Assembly (NCBI RefSeq): GCF_024521635.1
Contig: NW_026250407.1
Location: 620,001-684,000, forward strand
DNA from: Tricharina praecox
Lineage: Eukaryota
Length of the DNA stretch: 64,000 nt
Direction: 5' to 3'
The notes under the pieces are model-generated. The model saw only the letters and a list, made by a program, of their open reading frames with translations. It had not been told where the DNA came from and made no database searches. Positions 23,153-35,800 of the stretch are shown here, one piece after another (within the stretch, counting starts at the first letter, position 1; each line of letters starts with the position of its first letter). Position numbers and translations under genes: made by a program.

Positions 23153-26100
23153 ATGGCACCAGGCGTCGTCGTCGTCGCGAGCCCGGAACCGGCGGTGGCG
23201 AAGGAGGGGTTCTCGGCCCTGGCATCGGTCGTGGCCGATTGGGACGACACCTTACGCTTCTACCTCAACGGAACAAAGGTCGAGATCGATACCATCGACC
23301 CGGAGGTCACGCTGCTCGAGTACCTGCGAGGTATCGGATTGACGGGGACGAAATTGGGGTGCGCGGAGGGCGGCTGCGGTGCTTGTACTGTGGTGCGTAT
23401 CTATCAATCCACCCACATGCCGATAGTGATGGTAGCAATTCCTGGCTTGGGGAGTGGGGGGCTGACGATGTCGAACTTGTCCGTGCCAGGTCGTTTCGCA
23501 ATACAACCCCACGACGAAGAAGATATACCACGCCTCGGTCAATGCGTGTTTGGCGCCGCTGGTCAGTGTCGACGGAAAGCATGTCATCACCGTGGAGGGA
23601 ATCGGCAACACGGCCAAGCCGCATCCCGTGCAGGAGCGGATCGCAAAGATGCACGGATCCCAATGTGGCTTCTGTACGCCGGGAATAGTAATGGTGAGTC
23701 GGACCGCGGCTCGGGGCGGGGCGTGGAGCTGAGGGTGGCAGGTACTGACATGGCGTTGCGCAGAGTCTATATGCCCTCGTGCGGAATAACCCCGAACCTA
23801 CCGAAACCGATGTCGAAGAGGCGTTTGATGGAAACCTGTGCAGGTGTACGGGCTACAGACCTATACTTGACGCAGCGCAGACATTCAGCACCTCCTCCAG
23901 CACCCCCAAGAAGGCATGCGGCCCTTCGGACGGAGGATGCTGCATGCAGGGCAAAGACGGGGAGCCGCCAGCGGGCTGCTGCAAGAATAAAATCGCAGAG
24001 GCGCCCATCACGAAGAAGTTCACACCGCCGGGATTCATCGAGTACAATCCCGAGACCGAGTTGATATTCCCCTCGGCGCTGCGAAAACACGAGTTCAAGC
24101 CGCTGGCTTTCGGAAATAAGAGGAAGAAGTGGCTGAGGCCCATGACGCTAGAGCAGCTGCTGCAGCTCAAGGCGGCGCTGCCGTCGGCAAAGATCATTGG
24201 CGGTTCCTCGGAGACCCAAATCGAGATCAAGTTCAAGCATATACAGTACACGGTGTCGGTGTATGTCGGCGATATTCCAGAATTGAAGGGGTTCTCATTC
24301 GAGGATGAGTATCTATCGATTGGCGGGAACATCACCCTCACCGATCTCGAGGCTGTTGCAAGACAGGCGATCGAGAAATATGGAGCGGCGAAGGGACAAC
24401 CTTTCAAAGCTATTCTCAAGCAGCTTGAGTATTTTGCTGGACGGCAGATCAGGAACGTGGGCACGCCCGCAGGAAACCTTGCTACCGCGTCTCCCATCTC
24501 CGATCTCAATCCGGTTTTCCTGGCCACGAACAGCACCATCATCACGAAAAGCCTCGAGAAGGAAACCATGATTTCCATGGGCGAGTTTTTCAAGGGATAC
24601 AGGATGACTGCCCTCCCGATAGATGCTGTTATTGCGGAGATTAGAATACCTGTAGCCAAGGAGAAAGGCGAATACCTGCGTGCATACAAACAATCAAAGC
24701 GGAAGGACGACGACATCGCCATTGTCACCGCCGCCTTACGGGTATCGCTCGACGATGCAGGGCTGGTGGAGTCCGTGAACTTCGCATACGGAGGTATGGC
24801 ACCGACAACCGTCCAGGCCAAAAAGACAATGGAGTTCCTGGTGGGCAAAGAATGGGGCAGCTTAGAGGTCCTCGAGGGCGCTATGAATGCCTTGGAACAA
24901 GACTTCCCCTTGAGCTACGGAGTCCCGGGTGGAATGGCTGTCTACAGGAAATCACTCGCTTTTGGATTCTTCTACCGATTCTGGCACGACACGGTTGCAG
25001 ATGTCAAGGGCACCAGCTCCGAGGCGGATGATCTTGTGTCCGAGATCTCGAGAGGCATCTCTTCCGGCAAGCGGGATCACGACACTGCTCAGGCCTATAA
25101 AAAGCGTGTCATCGGACAGTCAAAGGAGCATGTTGCCGCCATGAAACAGGTGACCGGTGAAGCGCAGTACACCGATGACCTTCCCCGGGCCGTGAACGAG
25201 CTCTACGGCGCTCTCGTGCTGAGTACCAGGGCCCACGCAAAACTCCTCAGCGTCGACAGTACCCCTGCCCTGGAGCTTCCTGGCGTTGTGTCTTACGTGG
25301 ATCACACCGACCTGCCATCGCCGGAGGCGAATTGGTGGGGTGCGCCAATGTGCGACGAGGTTTTCTTCGCGATCGATGAGGTCTTTACCGCGGGCCAGCC
25401 CATCGGGATGATCCTCGGCGAGACGCAGGAAGCAGCTGCCGCTGGTGCTCGTGCGGTAAGAATCGAATACGAAGAGCTCCCGGCAATTTTCACCATCGAG
25501 GAGGCAATCGAGCAGGAGAGTTTCTTCCAGCACTACCGGTACATCCGGCGTGGTGATCCGATCGAGGAGGCTATGGCCAAGGCGGATCACGTCTTCAGTG
25601 GAGTGGCGAGGATGGGCGGACAGGAACATTTCTACCTAGAGACTCAAGCCGTCGCTGTCATCCCCAAGCCCGAGGGCGGTGAAATTGAAGTGTGGAGCAG
25701 CACGCAGAATCCGACCGAGACACAGACGTACGTTGCGCAGGTCTGCGGTGTTCCGGCCAACAGGGTCGTCGCCAAGGTGAAGCGTCTGGGAGGTGGTTTC
25801 GGAGGAAAGGAGACCAGGTCAATTCAGCTTGCCGGTATCACTGCCCTTGCTGCAAAGAAGGTCAAACGTCCCGTCCGATGTATGCTCAACCGAGACGACG
25901 ATATCGCCACATCCGGTATGCGGCATCCATTCTTGGGCCACTGGAAGGTCGGAGTCATGAACAGTGGAAAGATCGTTGCCCTGGATGCAGAGGTTTTCTG
26001 TAATGCGGGGTGGACGCAAGATCTCTCCGCCGCTGTCTCGGATCGTGCCTTGTCGCATATCGACAATTGCTATAATATCCCCAATGTCGACGTGCGAGGA

Positions 26101-27462
26101 CGGCCGTGCAAGACCAATACGGTATCGAATACAGCATTCCGCGGATTCGGTGGGCCTCAGGGAATGTTTATCGCCGAGTCGTACATGGAAGAAGTGGCAG
26201 ATCGATTGGATATTCCCGTTGACAAGCTGAGGGTAAGATTACTTGTGTGATATGTATGGAAATGGGAGCTGACTTGTTAAAAAAAGGAAATAAACTATTA
26301 CCATGAGGGCGATCTGACGCATTTCAACCAAAAGCTGGTGGACTACCACGTTCCTCTGATGGTTAACCAGATCAAAGAAGAGGCCGACTTTGATGCTCGT
26401 CGACAAGCCGTCGACGAGTTCAACAAGACCCACAAGTGGAAGAAGAGGGGCTTGTCCTTGATTCCCACCAAGTTTGGAATCAGTTTTACTGCTCTCTTCC
26501 TCAACCAGGCCGGTGCTTTGGTGCATATCTATCACGATGGCTCGGTGCTCGTGGCGCACGGCGGTACTGAGATGGGTCAAGGGTTGCACACCAAGATGAC
26601 TATGGTGGCCGCGGAAACCCTCGGTATCTCTATGGACGATGTCTTCATCTCGGAGACGGCAACAAACACCGTCGCCAACACATCCTCCACCGCCGCTTCG
26701 GCCTCGAGTGATCTCAACGGCTACGCCATCCACAACGCCTGCGTCCAACTCAACGAGCGCCTCCAGCCCTACCGCGAAAAGCTCGGCCCGGACGCCACCA
26801 TGAAGGACCTCGCCAAAGCCGCCTACTTTGACCGTGTGAACCTCAGTGCCAACGGCTTCTACAAGACACCGGACATCGGCTACACGTGGGGTCCCAACGT
26901 CGGGCTGATGTACTTCTACTTCACGCAAGGCGCGGCGATCGCCGAAGTCGAAATCGACACCCTAACCGGCGACTGGACGTGCTTGCGCGCCGACATCAAG
27001 ATGGACATCGGCCGCAGCATCAACCCGGCCATCGACTACGGCCAGATCGAGGGCGCATTCATCCAGGGGCAGGGCCTGTTCACCACCGAGGAGATGCTGT
27101 GGCTGCGGAACACCGGCAACATCGCCACCAAGGGGCCCGGCACATACAAGATCCCCGGCTTCAGAGACATCCCGCAGGTGTTCAACGTCAGCTTCCTCAA
27201 GGACGTCGAGTGGAAAAACCTGCAGACCATCCAGCGCAGTAAGGGCGTCGGCGAGCCGCCGCTGTTCATGGCCAGCGCCGTGTTCTTTGCCATCAGGGAC
27301 GCGCTGAAGGCGGCGAGAAGGGAGCATGGCTGCCACGAGCTGCTGTCACTCGTTTCCCCCGCCACCCCGGAGAGGATCCGTCTGTCGTGCGCTGACGATA
27401 TCGTCAAAAGGAGCTATGTCAAGCCGGAGGAGGGCGAGAAGGGATGGTTCATGCAGATCTGA
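23153..27462 (+). CDS. hxA: Xanthine dehydrogenase (2Fe-2S, FAD and Moco domains); exons 23153-23392, 23490-23693, 23764-26232, 26287-27462
   Basis: [87 protein letters not shown]. Confidence 0.97.
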
Positions 27463-28813
27463 GCGTGTGTTGTGTGTGTTGTGTTGTCTGGTTTTGTTGG
27501 GTACATACCAGGTACCTATCCTATTGGGAGTTCTTGGATTTTGTTGTCTCGCTCGTTCGCTGCTACTGCTGCTGCTGGTGGGCTGTGGGGTTTGTCATCG
27601 TTATGTACTTGTGTAGGTAGTATGGTGTTTGCTAGATATATCAATTGCTGTTTGTTTGTTTGACATCGCTGGTGACAGGTACTTAGGTGCTTAATTATAC
27701 GTGTGACTTTTTCTCCTCTTGTAGATGAGCCGTAACTATCTCACTCATCTCGTGCGACCAGATCCGAGGGTGCGAATTTCAGCGTTACGAATGAGGACTG
27801 AATGGTGGGTGATGTTTATGGATAGTGGGTGGGGGTTGAAGCATCAACTCAATTATGATACTTCGAGCAATCTCACATTCTACATCAACATCCACGACCA
27901 TCATCACTCGGCCATCATCACTCGTAACTCGCAACTCGCAACTCAACTGCACATGATGTCCATTCTGATTTCCATTCTCCATTCTTCACCCCCCACAAAG
28001 AAAAGAAAAAAAGACACACAAGCCACCCCGCCCCCCCCCCCCCCCCCCCCCCCCACCTCCCTCCCCTGCCGCCGTCACCGTCACCTACATATTTGCTACA
28101 TACTCAGAGTACATAGAGTACCTAGATCTCAACCGGTATATCTCAAACGGTATATCATGATTCATAAGCAACTTCAATTCCCCAACTCTGTCCAAAAAAA
28201 GAAAAAAAGAAAAAACGAAAAGAAAGAAGAAAAAAAAACACCAGATAGAACGCCCCCTCCCCTTCCTTCCCTTCCCTTCCCTTCCCTTCCCTTCCCTTCC
28301 CTTCCCTTCCCTTCCCAATCCAATCCAATCCACACCGTCCGTCCTCCTCCCTTTTTCTTTGCAAAAAAATCAACGAGCACATAAAAGGTAAATATAAACT
28401 GGGATGGGTACGGACGGACGCGAACAACGGACAATGGACAGTACGGACAGTATCATACGGACAGCGAGAGTACGAGTAGATGTGATCAATCGATCGATAC
28501 CCAAACCAACCAACCAACCAACCAACCAACCAGCCGAAAGCAAATACATCACAGCAGAAGCACAGCAGAAGGAACGCCGAGCCCAGGGCCAGGGGGAGGA
28601 GGAGAACGGAAAGATAATAGGGCTAGGTAAGTAGGTATCACAACCGGAATCCGAATAGCAAAGCAAAACAAGCAAGCAACATGAATGAAGCGAACAAATG
28701 ACGACAAAATAAAAAAAACACACGCCTGCGAAAATTCCCAAAATCATTATGGCACCTAGAGGAAACAAAATGCGAGAGAGAAAGATGGAAGATGGAAAAC
28801 AAAAAAGCCGTCA

Positions 28814-31800
28814 TCACCGCTGGTCAATGTTCGTCTTGAGCTGGAACCAGTTCCGTCGAGGTTTGTTTGAGCCCGCTGCAGCGGAGCCCTCCAGTTGAAC
28901 ACTGCGCTCGTACAAGTCCTGTGTCGAAAATCATCAGTCCCAGAGGCCAAGCGCGCGAAGGGAGGAGAGGGAGAGAGTGGGTGTGCGATCATACATCATC
29001 GTTCATTGTCGTAGCGGCGCTCTTGATCATACTATCAACTGCTGAGTTACCCACCAAGTCCTTGTACGGCGAGGCCTGGGCCTTTACGAGCACCATCATG
29101 ACTTCGCCCATGACCTGGAATTTACTCCAATTGATCTTCTCACCGTCCTGTAGGAACGTCTTGTTCCCTTCTTCTGCCGATACCAGATCGCGCCGGTGCA
29201 ACGGAAGGAACGGTATTCTCTCGGACGTTGTGTTTTCCCAGGCCAGTCGGTATTTACTGTGACTCTTGTGCGTTCCCATCAATAGCTCCAGCCGCATAAA
29301 GTTCTTGTGGATCTCCGGCCTAACTAGTTCTCGAGTCGCACTCAGTCGGTGAACGGCGGTACCGTTGATTCCAGCGATGATGGCGCCAAGCGAATTGTAA
29401 TTATTTTGATGTCGCAACGTCTGTAGGGAAGAGCAGGTATCATCAGCATCGATCGTGGATGTCAAGGGGGACGATGCAACATGTGATGCGTACCCAAGCA
29501 ATCTCCATGAATTTCTCCAGCGCCCTGGCTCGATGCTTCGGCTTGGCCTTCTCGAGAATGACGCTAGCCACCCAGTGGGCAACGTGGTTGAAATGGCTAA
29601 TCATGTTGTTGACGCACGCTAGGTTCGGCGAGTTTTCCCGACTTTCCGGCGAAACGCTGATGTGCCTTACCAGATCGCGTGGTCTGATCTTCGAAAACTC
29701 GTTCCAATCGATCCTTGTAAGCTCGCAGGCCACCTCCGATACCGGAATCGACATGAAGAGCTCGAACTGGCACCCCGCCCTAAGGTAGCCGGTGGCCGGG
29801 GGTGGTAGGGACTCGGTTCTGCTGATCACAAGGCCCATGGGTGATCCCATAACGGATGCAGCATCGCTAGGGTCGGAGCATCGTTTATCTGATCCCGGGA
29901 CCTGGAGCGTAGCGGGGTTGTCGAGTGAGAGCTTCCACGGTTTATCTGGGAAGGTCGCTGATGAAGTCGTCAGAAAGCTCCGAAGGCTAGCTTTCCTATC
30001 CAACTCGGCATCGGTCCTTCCCCAAGTCTCGTCCTCATCCTCGATTAGTCCCTGGAGCTTCTTCGTCATATCAGTGGTCAACAGAGCCAAGCTCCGGTCT
30101 GTGCTGATCGAATCCAGGAATGCTAGCATCTGCAACCTGGTCTTGGAGCTCGCAAAATCGACCGAGTGCGATGTGACCCATTGATGGAGGACGTTGCAAT
30201 ACCGGAGTTGCGCTGCTATTCGATGGGCCCGTATCTTCTCCTCCGTGTCCAAAGCGCGGAATCTCTCGAGGATGGCGCCGAGTAGCTCTCGCGGCGATGC
30301 GAATTTGCGGTAGAAGCATAGGAAGATGACGACGAAGGTCTGATCGCTCCGAGACATGGGCTGGCTCAACAGACGATTAACGAGTTCATCCCACGTCCAT
30401 CCCCGATTCGGTGCAGGCTTGTCTTCCTCTTCCAACTCGTCCAGTCCATCCTCGCGATCAAGGATCGGAATGTCGTCCGGATCCTTGTAGTCCGTACTCT
30501 CGTCGTCCGTATCTATGTAGGAATGCCGTCTTTCGGACTCGCCCAAGGAGCTCTGGCTGGATGTCTTGCGCATGATGAACGGACTCTGCACGGATTCCGA
30601 GAACGGCGTTTGTCCGGAACTACTCAGAGTGATTTGCGGTGCGACGCTCGAGCTCGAGTTCGAGTTCGAGTTCGAGTTCTGCTGCCTCGAGTTTTCGACG
30701 GCTTGGGGGTTGGGCAATAAAGAGGGGCCCGAGTTGCTCGACGATTGACCCAGCGCCGTGCCAGTGGGTGGCCTCTGTAGTCTGGCACCATGTATGGAGC
30801 CTGCATCCGACCCGTCCTTTAGGAATGTTGAAGAGAACTCGGAACTGGCACGGTTGTGGCCCGTCGAGGGTCGCGGAGAAGCAGCTCGGCTGTTTGCGGC
30901 CGAGGAGTTGGCGCGTCGCCGACCATTTAGGTACCGCGGGGATCCGGTTTTTTCTGGCAAGACGCGTTTACCCGTCAGCATTGAAGCGGTCGGTCAGATG
31001 GAGTGAAATAATAACAGAGCAAATGTCAACTGTCGACGGGAGAACGAGGTCGGAGAGGAAGTGCAGCGCATGCCATGTGGAGGGAACTCGTGGCGATCGT
31101 CGGCTGGTAGGGGAGCCTCCACGCCCTGGCTGTCTGTTGCATGGCCCACTCACCCCCATGCTGATCCGGAAAGTGGTACAGAGTGTGGCCCACTGTAGTC
31201 TGTACAGGGAAGGGGCCAGCTCACCTCCCCTCACAACATCTCGTAAAAAAAAAGGGGAGGGGTACGGATTGGCGATAAACGAGAAACGATGAATATGAAA
31301 GCTTCCTTGAGGACCAACCGTTCCGACGTGATATCAGGGACAATATTGCAGCCATGCACCTTTTCTGGCTATCGTGTGCCGTGACAGAACTCTGCATGTG
31401 GTCGTACCCGTCGCCCATTATTGCTGCAACACCCGCTGCGGCTGGCCCGTAGACGTCACATTTAGTCCGGACCAGGCAGACAGGAAGTTGGGCCGTATCG
31501 AATGCCTCTGATAGTGACATCAGTAATCGTATTCTCCTCATAAGCGGGGGGGGGGGGGGGGGGGGGGGGGACGCGGGATGCGGGACGTGCGGGACGTGCG
31601 GGGCAAACTCACCCAGACATTCGGTCAATCTGTCGACTGTCCGAGGGGTTGTCGGGTCAAAAAGCAGCAGAACACCATCGATGAATGGTATCCTTTGTCC
31701 ATCCGCTACCTTTTCGTCTGTGTCAGATGCAGCTGTGCGGAACGCCATGTTCACCGGACCAAGCCCACTCACCCGTGGCCATTGCATCTGCTCCTTGTCG

Positions 31801-32864
31801 AAGTCGATTCTGTTCCAATCAACCTCCACCAAGCTCACACTGCACGGTGTTCGGTCCATCACCATGGCCAGCGAGTGCACGTCGCCGTGTCTCGCCGGCG
31901 CTGGCAAATCGTATGCCCTTTCTATGAAAGTCGTCTTCCCCACACCCACCGCGCCGACGACGGCTATGTTTATATCGCGGACAGTAGACATCTGTGGGGA
32001 GGGGGTCACCGAAGGTCAACACTCATGGTCGCATTGGAGGGTGGGGGGTGGAGGGAGGGAGGAGGGGGGAAACCCGAACAAATGCGGCGGTAGACGCACT
32101 TTACCGGAATCTTTGCACAGTCGCCGTTCACCATACCGTGGCGCTTTCCCACCTCCGAAGTTCCACGATGATATTCCCAGCCCGTGGTGTGCCGTCGACG
32201 GTTTCGATGACTCTATCAAGTCTTCCGTTGGTGCCGATAACGATGGCGACGAGGAAGGGTGGCTGTTGGGCCTGGGACGTCGCAGCTTTCGGGGTCCACT
32301 GGAACTGGCAGCGGAAACAGGCGCGTCTGTTGGGGGGCTATCTGCAGCGGCGGAGGCAGAGGCGGCCCGTATGGTGTTTGTACTGCTGCCACTGGGACTG
32401 TTGACCTTGATTCCGGCTGCTATGTATGCCGAAGGCCTGGGTGAGACGACTGGGTCCTCCTGGCAAAGGCTCGACAGAAAGTCGTCTCCCGTGACAAAGC
32501 CCCTTGTCCACTCGTCCTCTTCTATCCCAACTTCCAGGAGTGAGCCTGGGCCCGATGACGCGGTCGGACAGTGACTGGATGTGGACAGTCGTGATCTCGT
32601 GAGCAGGGACTCAATTGCGAGTGCTGGATCGACGTGTCGCGAGCGTGTTGACGATGTTGACGGTGTGGGAGAAGCGGGGGTATTGGAAAGGGGATGTCTG
32701 CTTGCTGTCGAACTGGTGGCGGAGGAATCTCGGCGGACAGAGGATGGAGACTGCGACGACGACGAGGACGATGGCGGTGGTGGGACCTTGGGTTTGGGCT
32801 TTGGCTTTAGTCTCTTTGGCGGCACGGCTATAAAGGCCGCACCGGCCCCTGATGCGGTGATCAT
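28814..32864 (-). CDS. Ras guanine-nucleotide exchange factor (REM + CDC25 domains) with an internal Ras-like P-loop domain; exons 32864-32100, 31991-31773, 31709-31613, 31507-31319, 30953-29494, 29420-28995, 28918-28814
   Basis: INIAVVGAVGVGKTTFI and TKCD; REM-like FLCFYRKFASPRELL; CDC25 core ELTRIDWNEFSKI, HFNHVAHWVA, NNYNSLGAII, IPFLPLHRRDL, INWSKF; all splice phases compatible. First exon and the long fourth intron are less certain. Confidence 0.85.
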
Positions 32865-35800
32865 TATATTTTTTTAGGTTGTTTCGAACTTCGGGAAACT
32901 TTTGTTGGATGGCTTAGTACCGCAGGAACCGTGAACTACGGGATGGCACTGTACGGGCGGAAAAGTCAATACCATCGTCCGTTTTATATTCATGCACTTT
33001 TGTCCACTGGAGGAGGTCGGGGCGGAGGAAAGAAAAGAAGAGACACTTGCCTCGTGAGCCAGCTGGCGTTTCAACCACGCCACCACCGTCCTTTTCAAAA
33101 CCGAGGGTGGGTATGATATGATGGCGGGTTTTGCAGTCCGAGCGCTCGACTTTCTCTCTGTATATCTCTCACCACTACCACCACGACCAAGGGCCAACGA
33201 CTGGCAATAAACGCAACAACGCAACGCAACGCAGTGGCACACGCACACCGGAAAACCGCAGGCGATAGCTGCGAACACTCCTAGCAGTTTTCTCAGCTAC
33301 CAGCTACCAGTGCTGTGGTCTCGGTGTTTTTTTTCCCTTGCCGAGCGAGATCCAAGCGCGCCGTTACCGATGAGCTGGTCTGACTGGGTCGTTTCTGCGG
33401 AACGGACCGGACAAGCGACGTTGGGCCGAACAGATGTGACGAACCGTCGAAAACAAACCTGGGGAATTTTTTTAATTTTTAATTTTTAATTTTTAATTTT
33501 GGCGGGATGGTGTATGTAGCTCTAAGTGAGTAGTAGGTTGATATCGCCCCGCCAGCTTCACTCCGAGGCCAAACCCGGTGAATCGATGGTATCTCGTGAG
33601 TTTGCGTAACCAAGCGTCTTACGGTTTACTGTATCCGTCGGGGGATCGGCGCGCCTTCTTATTTTGATGTGATGAGGAGGGCGTGGAGGACGTTGGTAGG
33701 ACGAAGCAGGACGGCAATGCTAGAAGTGTTTACAATAGCCGGTAATGGCGGTAGACGTAGAGAGAGGATCGAAGAGGAGGACAAGGGCGAGGGCGAGGAC
33801 GGACGAGGAGGAGGAGGACGAGGACGAGGACGACGGAGAGGGCGAGGAGGACGAAGAGGAGGATGAATAGGAGGACGTGGAAAAGGACGAAGAGGACGAG
33901 GACGAGGAAGACGAGGAGGAGGACGGGGAGGACGAGGATAGGGAGAAGGGTGGGGAATAGCGGCACTGAGAGCCGACGACAACGAGGGGCAGCGGTTGGC
34001 AAGACCCTTGATTTCCGGCTCGTGGGTGGTCTTGTGAGGCGATCGCGGGAAAATGTGAAGTGATAACGGGTCCACTGCTCTCTCTCAGCTCGTGGAAGGC
34101 GGGACTGGGGGGCCCGGGGGGGTGGGGACTGGCTTGTATGTAACGAACTAAGGGGAACGGAGGCCACAGCGACAGAAGAGAAGAGCATCCAACGAGCCAG
34201 CCAGCCAGCCAGGCGAAGAGAAGATGCCACCACTGCTCAGGGCAAAAAAAGACATGACGCCGATGGGGGGACAAAAGCAAATACGCAGCTACCTAAGTAC
34301 GGTATGCAATGAAACGGGCACGCCGGCAGTGTCGTGATGCCTCTCCCCTTCATCGTGTGGCTCCCTGGTATGTGCTACATACACACATATGATAACTATT
34401 AGAGTGATCGAGCGCTGGTTGGTGCATCTCTCGGATGGAAGCGGGCTATCTACCTACCAGGCTACTCTACTCTATGAGGACTTACCTAGCAAAGGTAGAG
34501 TGGTTAGCAGGCCTTTAGCGCAGTGTGGAGTAGCCAGGATTCTCCACAGTCTTCCGCTCCTGAGGTTGCTGTGAGGCTTCATCCGGGACCGCTCATTGGA
34601 CGCCGAGCGAGGAGCGCCACTTTCGCGCTCTTCGAACGCGAATACGGACTCCGGCCCCCCATGCGGCTTTCAGCCAGGTGTGTATAGTGGACTACATACT
34701 CAGAAGTCGGTATCTAGGATTCTGTCCCACCAAAAATACCCATCCCGATTCCCGATCCGAAGAGCATCTGGGTATCTGGGTATTACATTATAGGTACCGT
34801 ACATCCATACACACATACTCGAGAGTAGAGGGTGACAGTGGCGGCAGGGGAATCAACTGGGCGGGCAGATGGGCAGAAGGATGGCCGTAGGGAATTATAG
34901 TATGTACATAGCTGGGGTAGGCAGATAACTAGATGGCCTAGGTACCGAAGATACATACCGTACCTACCGGGCCAGTGCCCACGATAGAGTACCTGTAGAC
35001 TCTAGTTAGAGTACTTGAGTCTTGGGTCCTCTATAGATAGCCCACGCCTCCCGAGTCCCGCAGGCCTCCGCAACAGCTCCCGGTGTTTCAAGTTTCACCA
35101 TTCACCACTCAGAATTCCGGAGGTCCTGCCCATTGTTTCCCAGCCCAGCTCAGTTCGCGACGGTCCTCCGCCTCCGTATCTCCCGGGACACTGGGCGGTA
35201 CTCTACACAGAACATGTCGAACGTCCACGTGCGCTCCTTCCGGGTGCCCCGGCTGCCCCGGCGGCCCCGGATCTGCACGGCCGGAATACCTCCGCTAAAG
35301 AGAGTATGTATGAGGAGTAGAGTGCGCAGTGCTCCGGCCGCCCAATTGGGCGGTAGAGATGTATCATCTATAGGTATAAGTACAATGCCTACACGCGAAG
35401 TCGCTAAACGCAGGGGAGAGGGGAAGGATCGAGGTGCAGAGAAAGAGGGAGAAGGGAGGCTTTGGTGGGTATATATCATACCGCTCTGTGGGGCCGTCTC
35501 GGCGTGCGGTAGGTACCGGTATGTATTATGTAGTTATGTGGGTAGGTGAGTTGGTGAGTAGGTGAGTGGGTGAGAAGATGAGTAAATGGGCCAAGAATCC
35601 AAGATGCGGTCCGCGATTGGTCGGACTCACTGTCACTGATCACACGAAGGGGCTATTTACCCACTCACCTACCTACGCGCTGGGCGTCTACGAGGCCACC
35701 GCACCGACGGCGGTTTGGCGGTTGCGGTTGCGGCGTCGACTCCGCCGCATGACTCGGACCTGGGCCGATCCGGTCGGGACGGAGGAACCGGACGGTAAAT

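Noticed and set aside
813..27462. Nitrogen-metabolism gene cluster (two aminotransferases + xanthine dehydrogenase)
   Set aside because: Separated by unrelated genes and in different pathways; probably coincidental
33659..34280. Poly-Ser or Pro/Arg ORFs over a GGA/CGA-rich tract
   Set aside because: Explained by trinucleotide low complexity
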